Source: Humisphaera sp. | GTDB lineage: Bacteria; Planctomycetota; Phycisphaerae; Tepidisphaerales; Tepidisphaeraceae | Length of the DNA stretch: 40,040 nt | Reading direction: 5' to 3' | Assembly (NCBI GenBank): GCA_025351525.1 | Contig: JANXVV010000109.1 | Coordinates: 1-40,040, forward strand | In this document: positions 1 to 8,965 of the stretch, piece by piece | Layout: every line of letters starts with the position of its first letter | Position numbering within the stretch: the stretch's first letter is position 1 | The notes under the pieces: generated by a model | What the model saw: only the letters and a program-made list of their open reading frames with translations | What the model was told of the DNA's origin: nothing | Databases searched by the model: none | Program-made: the position numbers and the translations under genes

Positions 1-2861
1 AACCGATACGTTCCCGACCCGATGTTTAACCTCACCGTACCCCCTTCCATTCCGACGATCTGGATATCGGCATTGCGCTCGATCGCCCGATCGCCCTCCT
101 TGAGGTTCGACCCTTTGGCCGCCGGCAGATAAACCGTCGCCGTGGTATTCGCCGGGATCGTCACGTTCAACTCGAACCGCCCGTTCGCCCGCTTCCACTG
201 ACTGATGATCTTTCCATGGATCGAATCATATTCGGCCTTCACCCAGTCGATCGGCGGGTTGTCCGGATTGCTGCCGATGGACGGAGGACCGGGACGCAGC
301 ACGATGTGCTTGAAACCGGGACCGTCCGTATCGATCCCCGCCAGCGATTCAAACATCCACTCGCAGACCGCGCCGAACGAGTAATGGCTGAATGAATTCA
401 TGGCGGCGTTGTGCTTGCCGAAGGCATCCTCCTTCGTGTAACTGTCCCACCGCTCCCACACGCTGGTGGCCCCGTTTGCCACCTCGTAACCCCACGACGG
501 GAACCGGCGGCTCTGGAACAATCGCACGGCCAGATCGTGATGGCCCGTCGCCGTCAGAACCGGCAGCAGCGGCTTGGTGCCGAGAAAACCCGTCGCCATC
601 CGAAACCCGTTTTTTCCGATCATTTCCGCAAGGTGATCCGAGGCGGGTTGAATCAGTTTCGGAGGCAGCAGCCCCATGGAAAGTGCCAGCACGTAGGCCG
701 TCTGCGTTTCGATTTTCAGCGAGCCATCGGGCCTGACATATTCTTTATTGAACGCGGCGGTGATGTCCGCCAGAAGCTTGCCGTAGGTTTTCGCATCCAC
801 CTCGCGGCCGATCGCGCCGGCCATGTCGGCCATCAGTTTTGTCGAGTGGGCATAGAAGCACGCATCGACAAATTCGACCGGTGTGATTTCCCCGAGGCTC
901 AACCAGTCGCCCCACGGATTGCCGATGGAGACGCCGAGATTTTTCGGGCTGGTCGCCATCCGAAATTCCATGAAGCGTTTCATGGAGTCGTAATGGCGTT
1001 CGATGAGGCGGGTGTCATCGTACACTTTCCAGATCGTCCACGGGCAGATGATGCCGGCATCGGTCCAGGCGGTGCCCCAGGATTTGCGGGCCTCACCGTG
1101 GGCCATCGGGTACGGCGCATAGTCGGGGTAGGCCCCGAAGGATCGCTGCGATTCCTCGACATCGTCCATCCACTTGGTGAAAAAAGCCTCGACATCGGCG
1201 TTGTAGGTGGCGGTGCGGACATAGGTTTGGGCATCGCCCATCCACCCCAACCGCTCATCGCGCTGCGGACAGTCGGTGGGGATGTCGATGAAGTTCGCCA
1301 GCTGCGTGCGCACGATATTTTTGAACAGTTGATTCGCGATCGGGTCGGAACACTCGAAGGAACTGGTGAGCGGCGTATCCGAGTGCATCACCAACCCGGT
1401 GACGGCTTCAATCCCCGGTTTATCGGGCAGGCCGGTCAGCTCGACATATTGAAACCCGTGGTAGGTGAAACGGGGCGACCAGGTTTCGCCGTCCGGGTCG
1501 CCGCGCAGAGTGTAATAGTCCGTCGCCCGGGCCCGGCGAAGGTTCTCGGTCATCAGGCGGCCATCGGGATGCAGCATTTCGCCGTACCGGATTTGCACCT
1601 TCGTCCCCTTCGCCCCCTTCACTTTCAACCGAATCACCCCCGCCACGTTTTCACCCAGATCGTAGATGAAAACACCCGGTTTATTTTCGGTCGGTCCCAC
1701 CGCTTTGATCTCGCGCGTGATGCGCACCGCCGGGCCGGAATACGCCGCCATTTTTTTCGGAAGATGAAAGCCGAGGTCCACCTCGCGGTCGCCGGTGACA
1801 TCCGAGAAAACCGCTTTCGTGCTGCCGTTGTCCTCGGCGGGAATGGCGTTCGACCAACCCTCCGCTTTAAAGCCGGGCTTGCACCAGTCGGGCTGTTCAC
1901 GTTGCGCATCGAAACTTTCACCCATGATGATGTCCGCCTCGCGGATCGGGCCGTTGTCGGACACTTTCCAGGTCGGATCGGAAGCGATGATTTCGCGCGA
2001 GCCGTCGGCGTATTCAATCTCAAGTTGGGCGAGGAGCGCCGGGGTTTTGCCGTAAAAACAACGGCCGACTTTGTTCGGCCCGTACCCGACGAGCAAGCCG
2101 TACCCCACATAGCCGCTATACCACCCATCGGCCACGATCGCGCCGATGGCGTTGTCGCCGGAATGAACCAGGGCGGTCACATCAAACGTGTTGTAATAGG
2201 CCCGCTGAAGGTAGTCCGACCAGCCCGGCGTGAGAAAATGATCGCTCACGCGCTGACCGTTGAGATGCAGTTCGTAAAGCCCGAGCGCCGAGGCGTACAC
2301 CGTCGCCCGCCTGATCGGTTTGGCCGCCGCGAAATCGCGGCGGTAGTAGCGCGCGGGGGGAAGGTGGAGCATTTTCCGATCGATGGGCAACGGCGAGGAA
2401 TCGGTCTGGCTGATCCACCGCGCGGCCCACGCGTGCGTTCCGGTCAACCCCATCGTCCAGCGCGCGGTTGCACTCCAGGCAGACTCGCGATTGTCTTTGT
2501 CCCAGACTTTCAATTTCCAAAAGCAGACGCCCTGCTCGCCGATCGGTTTACCGGCGTAGGGAATTTGTGCGGTCGGATCCCCCGCGATTTTTCCCGAATC
2601 CCAGAGATTGCCGCGATCGCCTTTGAGCTCTGCTTCCGTCGACGCGACGAGAATGTGATAGGCCGTCTGCCGTTGCCCGCGCTCGTTGGATTCAACCTGC
2701 CAACTGAGTCGCGGGCGAGAATCTTCGATCCCGAGCGGGTCGACCCGATTTTCGCAGCAAAGATGGGTGGCCGTCAGACCCGTGGCGTTTTCGGCATGGG
2801 CGTCGGCGTGAATTGCAATCAGCGACAGGATGACGATGCAGCGAGCGAAAGGTAGGTTCAC
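1..2861 (-). CDS. alpha-L-rhamnosidase, glycoside hydrolase family 78, secreted; C-terminus lies beyond the left window edge
   Basis: Missing from the ORF track because the reverse frame is open to position 1. Translation from GTG at 2861 (GAGGAG 7 nt upstream) gives signal peptide VNLPFARCIVILSLIAIHADAHA. It continues with LCCENRVDPLGIEDSRPRLSWQ, YASALGLYELHLNGQRVSD, FTYHGFQYVELTG, DCPQRDERLGWMGDAQ and SWGYEVANGATSVWERWD, motifs I recognise from bacterial GH78 rhamnosidases. Confidence 0.9.
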   Translation of the reverse strand, partial: MNLPFARCIVILSLIAIHADAHAENATGLTATHLCCENRVDPLGIEDSRPRLSWQVESNERGQRQTAYHILVASTEAELKGDRGNLWDSGKIAGDPTAQIPYAGKPIGEQGVCFWKLKVWDKDNRESAWSATARWTMGLTGTHAWAARWISQTDSSPLPIDRKMLHLPPARYYRRDFAAAKPIRRATVYASALGLYELHLNGQRVSDHFLTPGWSDYLQRAYYNTFDVTALVHSGDNAIGAIVADGWYSGYVGYGLLVGYGPNKVGRCFYGKTPALLAQLEIEYADGSREIIASDPTWKVSDNGPIREADIIMGESFDAQREQPDWCKPGFKAEGWSNAIPAEDNGSTKAVFSDVTGDREVDLGFHLPKKMAAYSGPAVRITREIKAVGPTENKPGVFIYDLGENVAGVIRLKVKGAKGTKVQIRYGEMLHPDGRLMTENLRRARATDYYTLRGDPDGETWSPRFTYHGFQYVELTGLPDKPGIEAVTGLVMHSDTPLTSSFECSDPIANQLFKNIVRTQLANFIDIPTDCPQRDERLGWMGDAQTYVRTATYNADVEAFFTKWMDDVEESQRSFGAYPDYAPYPMAHGEARKSWGTAWTDAGIICPWTIWKVYDDTRLIERHYDSMKRFMEFRMATSPKNLGVSIGNPWGDWLSLGEITPVEFVDACFYAHSTKLMADMAGAIGREVDAKTYGKLLADITAAFNKEYVRPDGSLKIETQTAYVLALSMGLLPPKLIQPASDHLAEMIGKNGFRMATGFLGTKPLLPVLTATGHHDLAVRLFQSRRFPSWGYEVANGATSVWERWDSYTKEDAFGKHNAAMNSFSHYSFGAVCEWMFESLAGIDTDGPGFKHIVLRPGPPSIGSNPDNPPIDWVKAEYDSIHGKIISQWKRANGRFELNVTIPANTTATVYLPAAKGSNLKEGDRAIERNADIQIVGMEGGTVRLNIGSGTYR

Positions 2862-2924
2862 CAGAAATCTCCTCGAATTTTGAAACGGGTCTTCGTTTGC
2901 CCACGATACCGTAGAACCGGCTAA

Positions 2925-3256
2925 TTTTTTAGCGGCTGTGCCGAAGGCACGCGTTTTCGGGTGCGTGACGCTTTCAGCGGCATTAAAGTAGCATGGGCAT
3001 CCTGCCCGTGTTCGCGGTACCCCGCGATGTCGATCGGTACTCCGATCGACCCAAGCCGAAGCGAAGCGCTCTTCCAACGCTTGAATAAGAAAGACCGCTT
3101 CGCTCTTGCTGGATTGACCGGAGTACCGGTCAACGCCGTGGAGTACCACGGCCATGAACAGGATGCCCATGCTACGAAAATGCCGCAGGAAGTGTCACGC
3201 AACTCGCGTTTTTTCTACCCCGGTAAACGCGTGCCTTCGGCACTGCCACTAAAAGG
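2925..3256. repeat. Composite ~330-bp imperfect palindrome (REP/MITE-like)
   Basis: Outer arms are TTAGCGGCTGTGCCGAAGGCACGCGTTTT (2929-2958) and its inverse AAACGCGTGCCTTCGGCACTGCCACTAAAAGG (3226-3256). Inner arms are GTAGCATGGGCATCCTGCCC (from 2988) and GGATGCCCATGCTAC (to 3175). The ORFs 2921..3202(-) and 2961..3308(+) translate to look-alike peptides, as expected from the dyad symmetry. Confidence 0.8.
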
Positions 3257-3409
3257 TGGAAAATTCTTGGTCGTTTCGATGTCCTTAATCGACTCCGTTC
3301 CGATATAATCCTCGAAATAGACGCGTGGAACGATTTCAACGGTTTCCGCCCTTACTCGTACTATGAATCGACAATCAAATGTCGGTGGGTTGGAAGGTCG
3401 ATAATACGA

Positions 3410-5716
3410 ATGATGTCCCGGCTACTTGCAATCGTTGCCGCCGTCATGTTGCTCGGTGGAGCGGCAGTCGGGATCCTTGCGCTCCGGCCTCTCCCCGCCG
3501 ATGGCCAAGGCGCGGCGATTCAAACCTCGGTCAACCTCCGCATTTCCGCCGCCGACAATCCCACACTGGCCCCTCTTTACGACATTCCCAAGCTCGACAA
3601 AATCTCCATCGACGGCTCCCCACTCGACTGGGGAACGCATGGCCTGCACGTCAACATACTTTCAAATTCCTCCGGTAAAGTCCAGCCCAAAAGCGATATC
3701 GATGCGACGATGCGATTGGGCTGGAACGACCGCGGATTGCTCGCCTTGATCACCGTCACCGACGATATTGCCATTGAAGATGTGAACCCCGCCGGTGGGG
3801 ATTCGGTGGAGATGTTCCTGTCGCCGCACGCCGGGTCACCGGAGGTGATCCGCGTGGCGATTTCTCCCGGCATGGATGCCAAACAGTCCCACCTGCGTAC
3901 CCGCATCTTCGATCAGCGTTCCGATCCCCAGTTGAAAAAAATCGCCCCGCGTGTGTCTGCCGCCCGCACCAGGATCGACGGGGGCTACATTCTCGAGGTG
4001 CTGATTCCCTGGACCGGTCTGGGCATCCACCCTCACCTCGGGCAGGAAGTCGGGTTTCAACTGCAGGTCAATGATGTAGATGCCTTCGAGCAGGGTTCGC
4101 ACCTGGTCTGGTTCCCCAGCACGTTGACTGCAAAGGATCCCACCAAAATGCAGCGTCTGCGTCTGGCGGCGGCCCCCGGTCCGGCGGTGCAGGTGGCGGC
4201 GTATGGCGATTACCCGCGATTCCATCGCACCCATGTCAATGTCCTTGCCGATGCTTCGTTGGTCGGCAAAACGGTTGAAATTGCCCGCCGTGAGATTCCT
4301 CAACAGCCCGCCGAGCCTCGCGTGTTGACCGTCGGTAAACTAGAGACCAATTTCATTCGTCCCGAATATGCCTCGGTCAATCTTTCCATGCCCATGCCGG
4401 CTCGTGGAATTGGTTACGGCACGCTTGATGTCTTGATCGATGGCAAGCGCATGGCGGTCGTCGACCTGCCCGACCCCGGCAATGCGGCTCGCTGGGTCAT
4501 GCCCTACGAGGAGTTCGTCTTCAAGCCGTGCATCTTCAGCAGCCGTGCGTTTCCCGAAGGGGATTTTGCCGACCCGTCCTATGTCGAGGATCTGGTCGGT
4601 TCTTACGAATCCAAGATCACGTTCTACGATGCGAACTACAATCCGGTGACGACCGCCGAAAATCCGGGTCGGTATGGGGCAGTCGTCGAGGTTCACACCG
4701 ATGAAGGCCGTACTTTCAAGCGATTTCGGACGCTTTTTCGCGAGTCCAGAGATTTCAATTGGCGGAACACCGACATCCCCTTCACCGTGAAATTGCCGAA
4801 GGAGATGGGGATCAGTTCCAATGCCTTGAAGGTTCAACAGCAGAGCGTGAGCACGTATTTCAAGGAACTGTTAAAGGACGAGGGCGTGAATCGCGATGCC
4901 GACACTGCCGTGTTGCTCGCCGGGCTTTTCGAGACGAAGATCGGGGACAAATCATTGCTCAGCAACAGCCCACCGGCGATGGATCGCGCGTGGTGGGCCG
5001 GTCTGAAACGCAAGATCGGTGAACCGGTCATCACCCATCTCACCTACTTGCCCCCCACCTACGACAAGGATCCCAATCAGCATTGGCCGCTCGTATTGTT
5101 CTTGCATGGCAAGGGGGAACGCGGCGACAACATCGATCAGATCAAGGAAGCCGCCCTTCCCTCGCGCCTCGAATACGACCACGGTTTTCGCAATCAGTTC
5201 CCCGCGATCGTGATTGCTCCGCAGTGTCCGGCGGGCGAGTGGTGGTCGACGCATGAGTTGGCAGCGCTGCTGGATGTGGTGGCGGCGAAGTATCGCGTCG
5301 ATTTGAACCGCGTCTATGTCACCGGCATGAGCATGGGCGGTTACGGCACCTGGGCGCTCGCGACCGAATTCCCCGATCGGTTCGCCGCCATCGCCCCGGT
5401 CTGCGGCGGGGGCGACATCGCCGAAGCCGAGCGGTTGGTCAATCTTCCCATCTGGGCTTTCCACGGGAATAAAGACAACGTCGTCCCATTCAGCGAATCC
5501 CAAAGAATGGTCGAATCCCTCTGCAATTTAAGCGGCGACATCCGCTTCACTGCCTATCCCGAATGCGGCCATGATGCCTGGACGGCCACCTACTCAAACC
5601 CCGAGTTCTACTCGTGGCTATTTTCACATAGCCGGTCTCAATCCACGGTGATTCAGGTGCCTCTGATGGCTGCCATTGCACGGCCCACGACCATGCCGAC
5701 GGCTGCTTCACGCTGA
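3410..5716 (+). CDS. Secreted two-domain protein: CBM9/DOMON-like carbohydrate-binding domain plus C-terminal alpha/beta-hydrolase esterase
   Basis: ATG start and N-terminal hydrophobic anchor MMSRLLAIVAAVMLLGGAAVGILAL. The middle part (MRLGWNDRGLLALITVTDD, DSVEMFLSP, GGYILEVLIPW, GFQLQVNDVD) resembles CBM9-like domains. The C-terminus carries LVLFLHGKGERGD, the nucleophile elbow GMSMGG, HGNKDNVVP and CGHDAW, which fit a Ser-Asp-His carboxylesterase. Confidence 0.85.
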   Translation: MMSRLLAIVAAVMLLGGAAVGILALRPLPADGQGAAIQTSVNLRISAADNPTLAPLYDIPKLDKISIDGSPLDWGTHGLHVNILSNSSGKVQPKSDIDATMRLGWNDRGLLALITVTDDIAIEDVNPAGGDSVEMFLSPHAGSPEVIRVAISPGMDAKQSHLRTRIFDQRSDPQLKKIAPRVSAARTRIDGGYILEVLIPWTGLGIHPHLGQEVGFQLQVNDVDAFEQGSHLVWFPSTLTAKDPTKMQRLRLAAAPGPAVQVAAYGDYPRFHRTHVNVLADASLVGKTVEIARREIPQQPAEPRVLTVGKLETNFIRPEYASVNLSMPMPARGIGYGTLDVLIDGKRMAVVDLPDPGNAARWVMPYEEFVFKPCIFSSRAFPEGDFADPSYVEDLVGSYESKITFYDANYNPVTTAENPGRYGAVVEVHTDEGRTFKRFRTLFRESRDFNWRNTDIPFTVKLPKEMGISSNALKVQQQSVSTYFKELLKDEGVNRDADTAVLLAGLFETKIGDKSLLSNSPPAMDRAWWAGLKRKIGEPVITHLTYLPPTYDKDPNQHWPLVLFLHGKGERGDNIDQIKEAALPSRLEYDHGFRNQFPAIVIAPQCPAGEWWSTHELAALLDVVAAKYRVDLNRVYVTGMSMGGYGTWALATEFPDRFAAIAPVCGGGDIAEAERLVNLPIWAFHGNKDNVVPFSESQRMVESLCNLSGDIRFTAYPECGHDAWTATYSNPEFYSWLFSHSRSQSTVIQVPLMAAIARPTTMPTAASR

Positions 5717-5750
5717 AAGCCTGTGAACTTCTCATGCCGCCAGTACATCT

Positions 5751-5802
5751 GAGGGCGGCAGTCCCCAGCCGCCGCTGCGGCGATCGAGGACGACCGCCCT
5801 CC
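5751..5802. repeat. GC-rich hairpin (GAGGGCGG ... CCGCCCTC), terminator-like repeat
   Basis: It lies 35 nt after the stop of the 3410..5716 gene. The motif TTTTGGAGGGCGG(C/T)(A/C)GTCC recurs at 26782-26800 in the opposite orientation. There is no U-run, so terminator function is only a guess. Confidence 0.35.
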
Positions 5803-5900
5803 AAAATCCATTTCGGAATTCCTCAGAACGACAATGTCGCCCGATCAAGCAGAGTCATTGAGAGTGACAATCGCCGGGATATTTTGACAACTCCAGCAAG

Positions 5901-5930
5901 AAAACGTGTGCCTCCGGCACTACCGCTAAA
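5901..5930. repeat. Copy of the TAGCGG(C/T)(A/T)GTGCC-GNNG-GCACRCGTTTT short hairpin repeat
   Basis: AAAACGTGTGCCTCCGGCACTACCGCTAAA lies between convergent genes. Related copies are at 2929-2958, 3226-3256 and 39987-40015. Confidence 0.6.
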
Positions 5931-5952
5931 CGAATTCACGCGAAGCGGCAGA

Positions 5953-7584
5953 TCACTTCCCTTTTTGTTCTGCGGCCTCTTTCTTCGCCTCCGCTAAAAA
6001 CGCGTCCGCCTGTCGCGTCCAGATTCCTTCCAATTCCGCCACCTTTTCCGGATGCTCCACCGCGAGATTTTTGGATTCGCTTCGATCGTTGCTCAGATCG
6101 TAGAGCTCCCACGCCGACGTGTGATCGGCTACCAGTTTCCAGTCCCCCACGCGGACGGCGCGATTCCCATCGTGAAACCACCAGAGCAAATCACGCGTCA
6201 CGGTTCCATCCTTCGCAAAAGTCGGCAACAGACTTTTACCCGGATTCGGGGGAACCGGTTTTCCACGGTAAAGCTCCGGCCATTTTCCCCCGGCCAGTTC
6301 GAGAATGGTCGGCGCGAGATCGATCAGATGCCCCGGATTACGGCGAAACTCACCGCAGGCGGCGATCCCCTTCGGCCAATGCACGATCAATGGCGTGGAG
6401 ATGCCGCCCTCGTGTACCCACGACTTATGCAGCCGCATCGGGGTGTTGGCCGCACTGGACCAACCCGGGCCGAGGCATAGAAACGATTTGGCCGAACCCG
6501 GCGGCGCGGCGGGATCGTGCAGATCGCCGCGAATCATCTGCTCCGCACTCGCACCATTGTCAGACACGAAAAATATCAGCGTGTTCTCGAACGCATTCAT
6601 CGCCTTCAACTGTTCGATCACCCGGCCAATTTCAGTATCCATTCGATGCACCATCGCCGCATGGATCGCCATCTTGATCGGTTGAAATTTCTTCTGCTCC
6701 GCCGACAACTCATTCCACGGGATCGCGTGCGCCACCTCACCCGGCCCGATCTTCTCGCGCAGGTTTTCCTCCGCCAGATTCCAACTGGGGATGATGTCCG
6801 GATCCATTTTCGAGAGGGAACAATGGAGGATGCCCATCTCCGTCATGCGCTTGAACCGCTCTTCGCGCAGCACATCCCATCCCATCACATATCGATCGCG
6901 ATACAGGTCGATATCTTTTTGCGGCGCCTGTAACGGCCAATGCGGCTCGGTGAATGCCAGATACTGAAAAAACGGTCGATCGGAATGCCGGTCGGCATGT
7001 TCACGCAGTTGGCGTATCGCCTGATCCGCCTCGGCAGTGGCGGCATAGTAGCCCTCATCCGATTCACCCGGTTGAAGCGATGGGTCGATCTGGGCGGTGA
7101 CACGCGGCGGAAGAAAATGGCGATCGGTATCCGTGTAATCGAATGCCCGATCGAATCCATTCTGCAACGGCGCTCCGTCGACATGCCATTTGCCGGAATA
7201 GTAGGATCGGTAACCCAGCGGTTGAAGAAGCTGCGGCAACAAGCGCGCCCACGCCGGCCGCTTGCCGGCGGCACCGCCCCCAGCACCCGGCAGCGCATCG
7301 CGATGCACCTGCTGCGCGTAATACCCCGTCAAGATACAAGCCCGCGACGGCCAACAGCGGGCTGTGTTGTGAAAGTCCGTGAACCGCAATCCACCCTTTG
7401 CCAGCGCGTTGAGATTCGGCGTGTCAATTTCGCCGCCATAACACCCGACGTCGGAAAAGCCCAGATCGTCGGCGAGAATCAGCAAAACGTTGGGCCGTTT
7501 TGCCGGCTCGTGTTCCGCTCCCAAAGCCGCGATCGATCCGATCAGAGATAGAACGAGCGAAACAATGGCGGCGACGTTTTTCAT
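5953..7584 (-). CDS. Arylsulfatase (formylglycine-dependent, Cys-type), secreted
   Basis: Signal peptide MKNVAAIVSLVLSLIGSIAALGA. LLILADDLGFSDVGCYGG and the sulfatase signature ARCWPSRACILTG (C-x-P-x-R) are present. The protein is 543 aa. Confidence 0.93.
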   Translation of the reverse strand: MKNVAAIVSLVLSLIGSIAALGAEHEPAKRPNVLLILADDLGFSDVGCYGGEIDTPNLNALAKGGLRFTDFHNTARCWPSRACILTGYYAQQVHRDALPGAGGGAAGKRPAWARLLPQLLQPLGYRSYYSGKWHVDGAPLQNGFDRAFDYTDTDRHFLPPRVTAQIDPSLQPGESDEGYYAATAEADQAIRQLREHADRHSDRPFFQYLAFTEPHWPLQAPQKDIDLYRDRYVMGWDVLREERFKRMTEMGILHCSLSKMDPDIIPSWNLAEENLREKIGPGEVAHAIPWNELSAEQKKFQPIKMAIHAAMVHRMDTEIGRVIEQLKAMNAFENTLIFFVSDNGASAEQMIRGDLHDPAAPPGSAKSFLCLGPGWSSAANTPMRLHKSWVHEGGISTPLIVHWPKGIAACGEFRRNPGHLIDLAPTILELAGGKWPELYRGKPVPPNPGKSLLPTFAKDGTVTRDLLWWFHDGNRAVRVGDWKLVADHTSAWELYDLSNDRSESKNLAVEHPEKVAELEGIWTRQADAFLAEAKKEAAEQKGK

Positions 7585-7608
7585 GTAAGCTCGGATGAAG
7601 CGTTGCGA

Positions 7609-7671
7609 CGTAGCATGGGCTACCAGCCCATGCTTTCAATTCCAAAACATGGGCTGGTAGCCCATGCTACG
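7609..7671. repeat. Nested double-hairpin REP element, full copy
   Basis: CGTAGCATGGGCTACCAGCCCATG - CTTTCAATTCCAAAA - CATGGGCTGGTAGCCCATGCTACG. Each 24-nt arm is itself a hairpin (CATGGGCT-ACC-AGCCCATG). It sits between the stop of 7705..8580(-) and the start of the sulfatase gene. Confidence 0.9.
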
Positions 7672-7704
7672 TAAAAGTGACGAACATTGATTCATCCCGA
7701 CCCT

Positions 7705-8580
7705 TCAACGTCGCGGCCCGCCCCCCGGTCCGCCGCGCGGGCCATGCGTGTTGAAACTCGGGTCCGGCGTCCCGCGATACATCCGCGGCACGAACGGAAA
7801 CTTTTCGGTCAGCACATAATGATAAATCCCCGCTGGATATTCCGGCGTCAGGCTCACGCGCCCGTTGCACTCATCCAGATCGCCGCTTCCCGCCACATAT
7901 TCATAATCTGCCACGTAGGTTCCATCATACACCCCACCCGGACCGCTGGGCCGGGTTCCCTTTTTCACACGATAGCTTGATGAGAGCATCTTCAGCGGAC
8001 TGCCCGCGTCTTTCGCATCGGCATGACCGAGCGGGCTATAGATCGGGAAGCCATCCGCCGCCCAACCGACAAGTGCCATTTTGTCCTTGCCATCCGTCAG
8101 GGCATACACCAATGCCGTGGGAATGCCGTGGTAGTGATACGCGCCATTCGGTTGAACGTGCGCATGGCTGCGATCCACCCCGAGCATTCCATCCCCCGCC
8201 AGCGGTTCGTATTGCCAACCGGAGTTGCGATCGCGATTCCACCACTCGGCTGCGCCGGGATCAAAGACCACCCCGTTCACCGCCACCCCGAATGGCTGCA
8301 TACGCAGCGCCGTCACCTGCAATTCCTGCTTCGGATCGGCCGGAATCCGGAACTCATAATGCTGTGGCCCGATCGTGTTCGGATTGCCGCGATTGGGAAA
8401 CTGCCCGGTGGGATGATCCGGGATCCCGTTCGACCGAATCGTTCGAACCGCCCCTTCAATCTGAATCGTGACGCTGCCCGCAAATGCCGGCTTCACCTCT
8501 GAAGGCGGAGGATCAGCGGCGATCAACGGGCTGCCCGCGAGAACGAGAATTAAAAACAACAGTTTAGTACGTTGAGACAT
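7705..8580 (-). CDS. YHYH domain protein, secreted
   Basis: GAYHYHGIP motif, LVGWAADGFPIY and DECNG. Signal peptide MSQRTKLLFLILVLAGSPLIAA starts at the ATG at 8580 (AAGGGA upstream). The ORF track offers an 8-codon longer alternative starting at 8604. Confidence 0.8.
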   Translation of the reverse strand: MSQRTKLLFLILVLAGSPLIAADPPPSEVKPAFAGSVTIQIEGAVRTIRSNGIPDHPTGQFPNRGNPNTIGPQHYEFRIPADPKQELQVTALRMQPFGVAVNGVVFDPGAAEWWNRDRNSGWQYEPLAGDGMLGVDRSHAHVQPNGAYHYHGIPTALVYALTDGKDKMALVGWAADGFPIYSPLGHADAKDAGSPLKMLSSSYRVKKGTRPSGPGGVYDGTYVADYEYVAGSGDLDECNGRVSLTPEYPAGIYHYVLTEKFPFVPRMYRGTPDPSFNTHGPRGGPGGGPRR

Positions 8581-8621
8581 GAGATTCCCTTTCATAAAGA
8601 CCATTAAACCAACCCAGGTTT

Positions 8622-8763
8622 TTCACCACGAAGACACAAAGCACACGACGGAATCGGAAAAGGAACTTTCTTCGCGTTCAACTTCCTCTTTTGCGTCTTC
8701 GCGGCTCCCCCTGAATTCGGTTGCCGATCTGACGCGATGGGCTTTTCGTGCTTTCGTGGTGAA
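8622..8763. repeat. MITE-like element with TCACCACGAA(A)G(C)ACR... terminal inverted repeats
   Basis: The left end is TTCACCACGAAGACACAAAGCACACGA. The right end, reverse-complemented, is TTCACCACGAAAGCACGAAAAGC. A second, better-conserved copy is at 33282-33429. Confidence 0.6.
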
Positions 8764-8965
8764 CTGAATTGGTCCAGGCTAGCACACTCTACCTGAAAGA
8801 AACCTGAAGAACCTCATTTCAGTCAATCTCACGTCCGACAATGTTATTTAATCTCATTTACCCCAAATTGCCCATATTAACCAAAGTCGGCGGTAAATCT
8901 GCCGATATAAGGGGTGTAGAGATGACCAGTTTAACAAACCATCCGGCACTTTTTAGGAGACTCCC

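Noticed and set aside
411-2855. 814-aa + strand ORF, the longest in the left part of the track
   Set aside because: Its translation is Arg/Gly/Pro/His-rich with no recognisable motifs. It lies exactly antisense to a clear GH78 rhamnosidase frame that is open to the window edge. It is a typical high-GC shadow ORF.
2921-3308. Two overlapping opposite-strand ORFs (93 and 115 aa) with similar peptide sequences
   Set aside because: The similarity comes from the dyad symmetry of the 2925-3256 palindromic repeat and is not evidence of coding.
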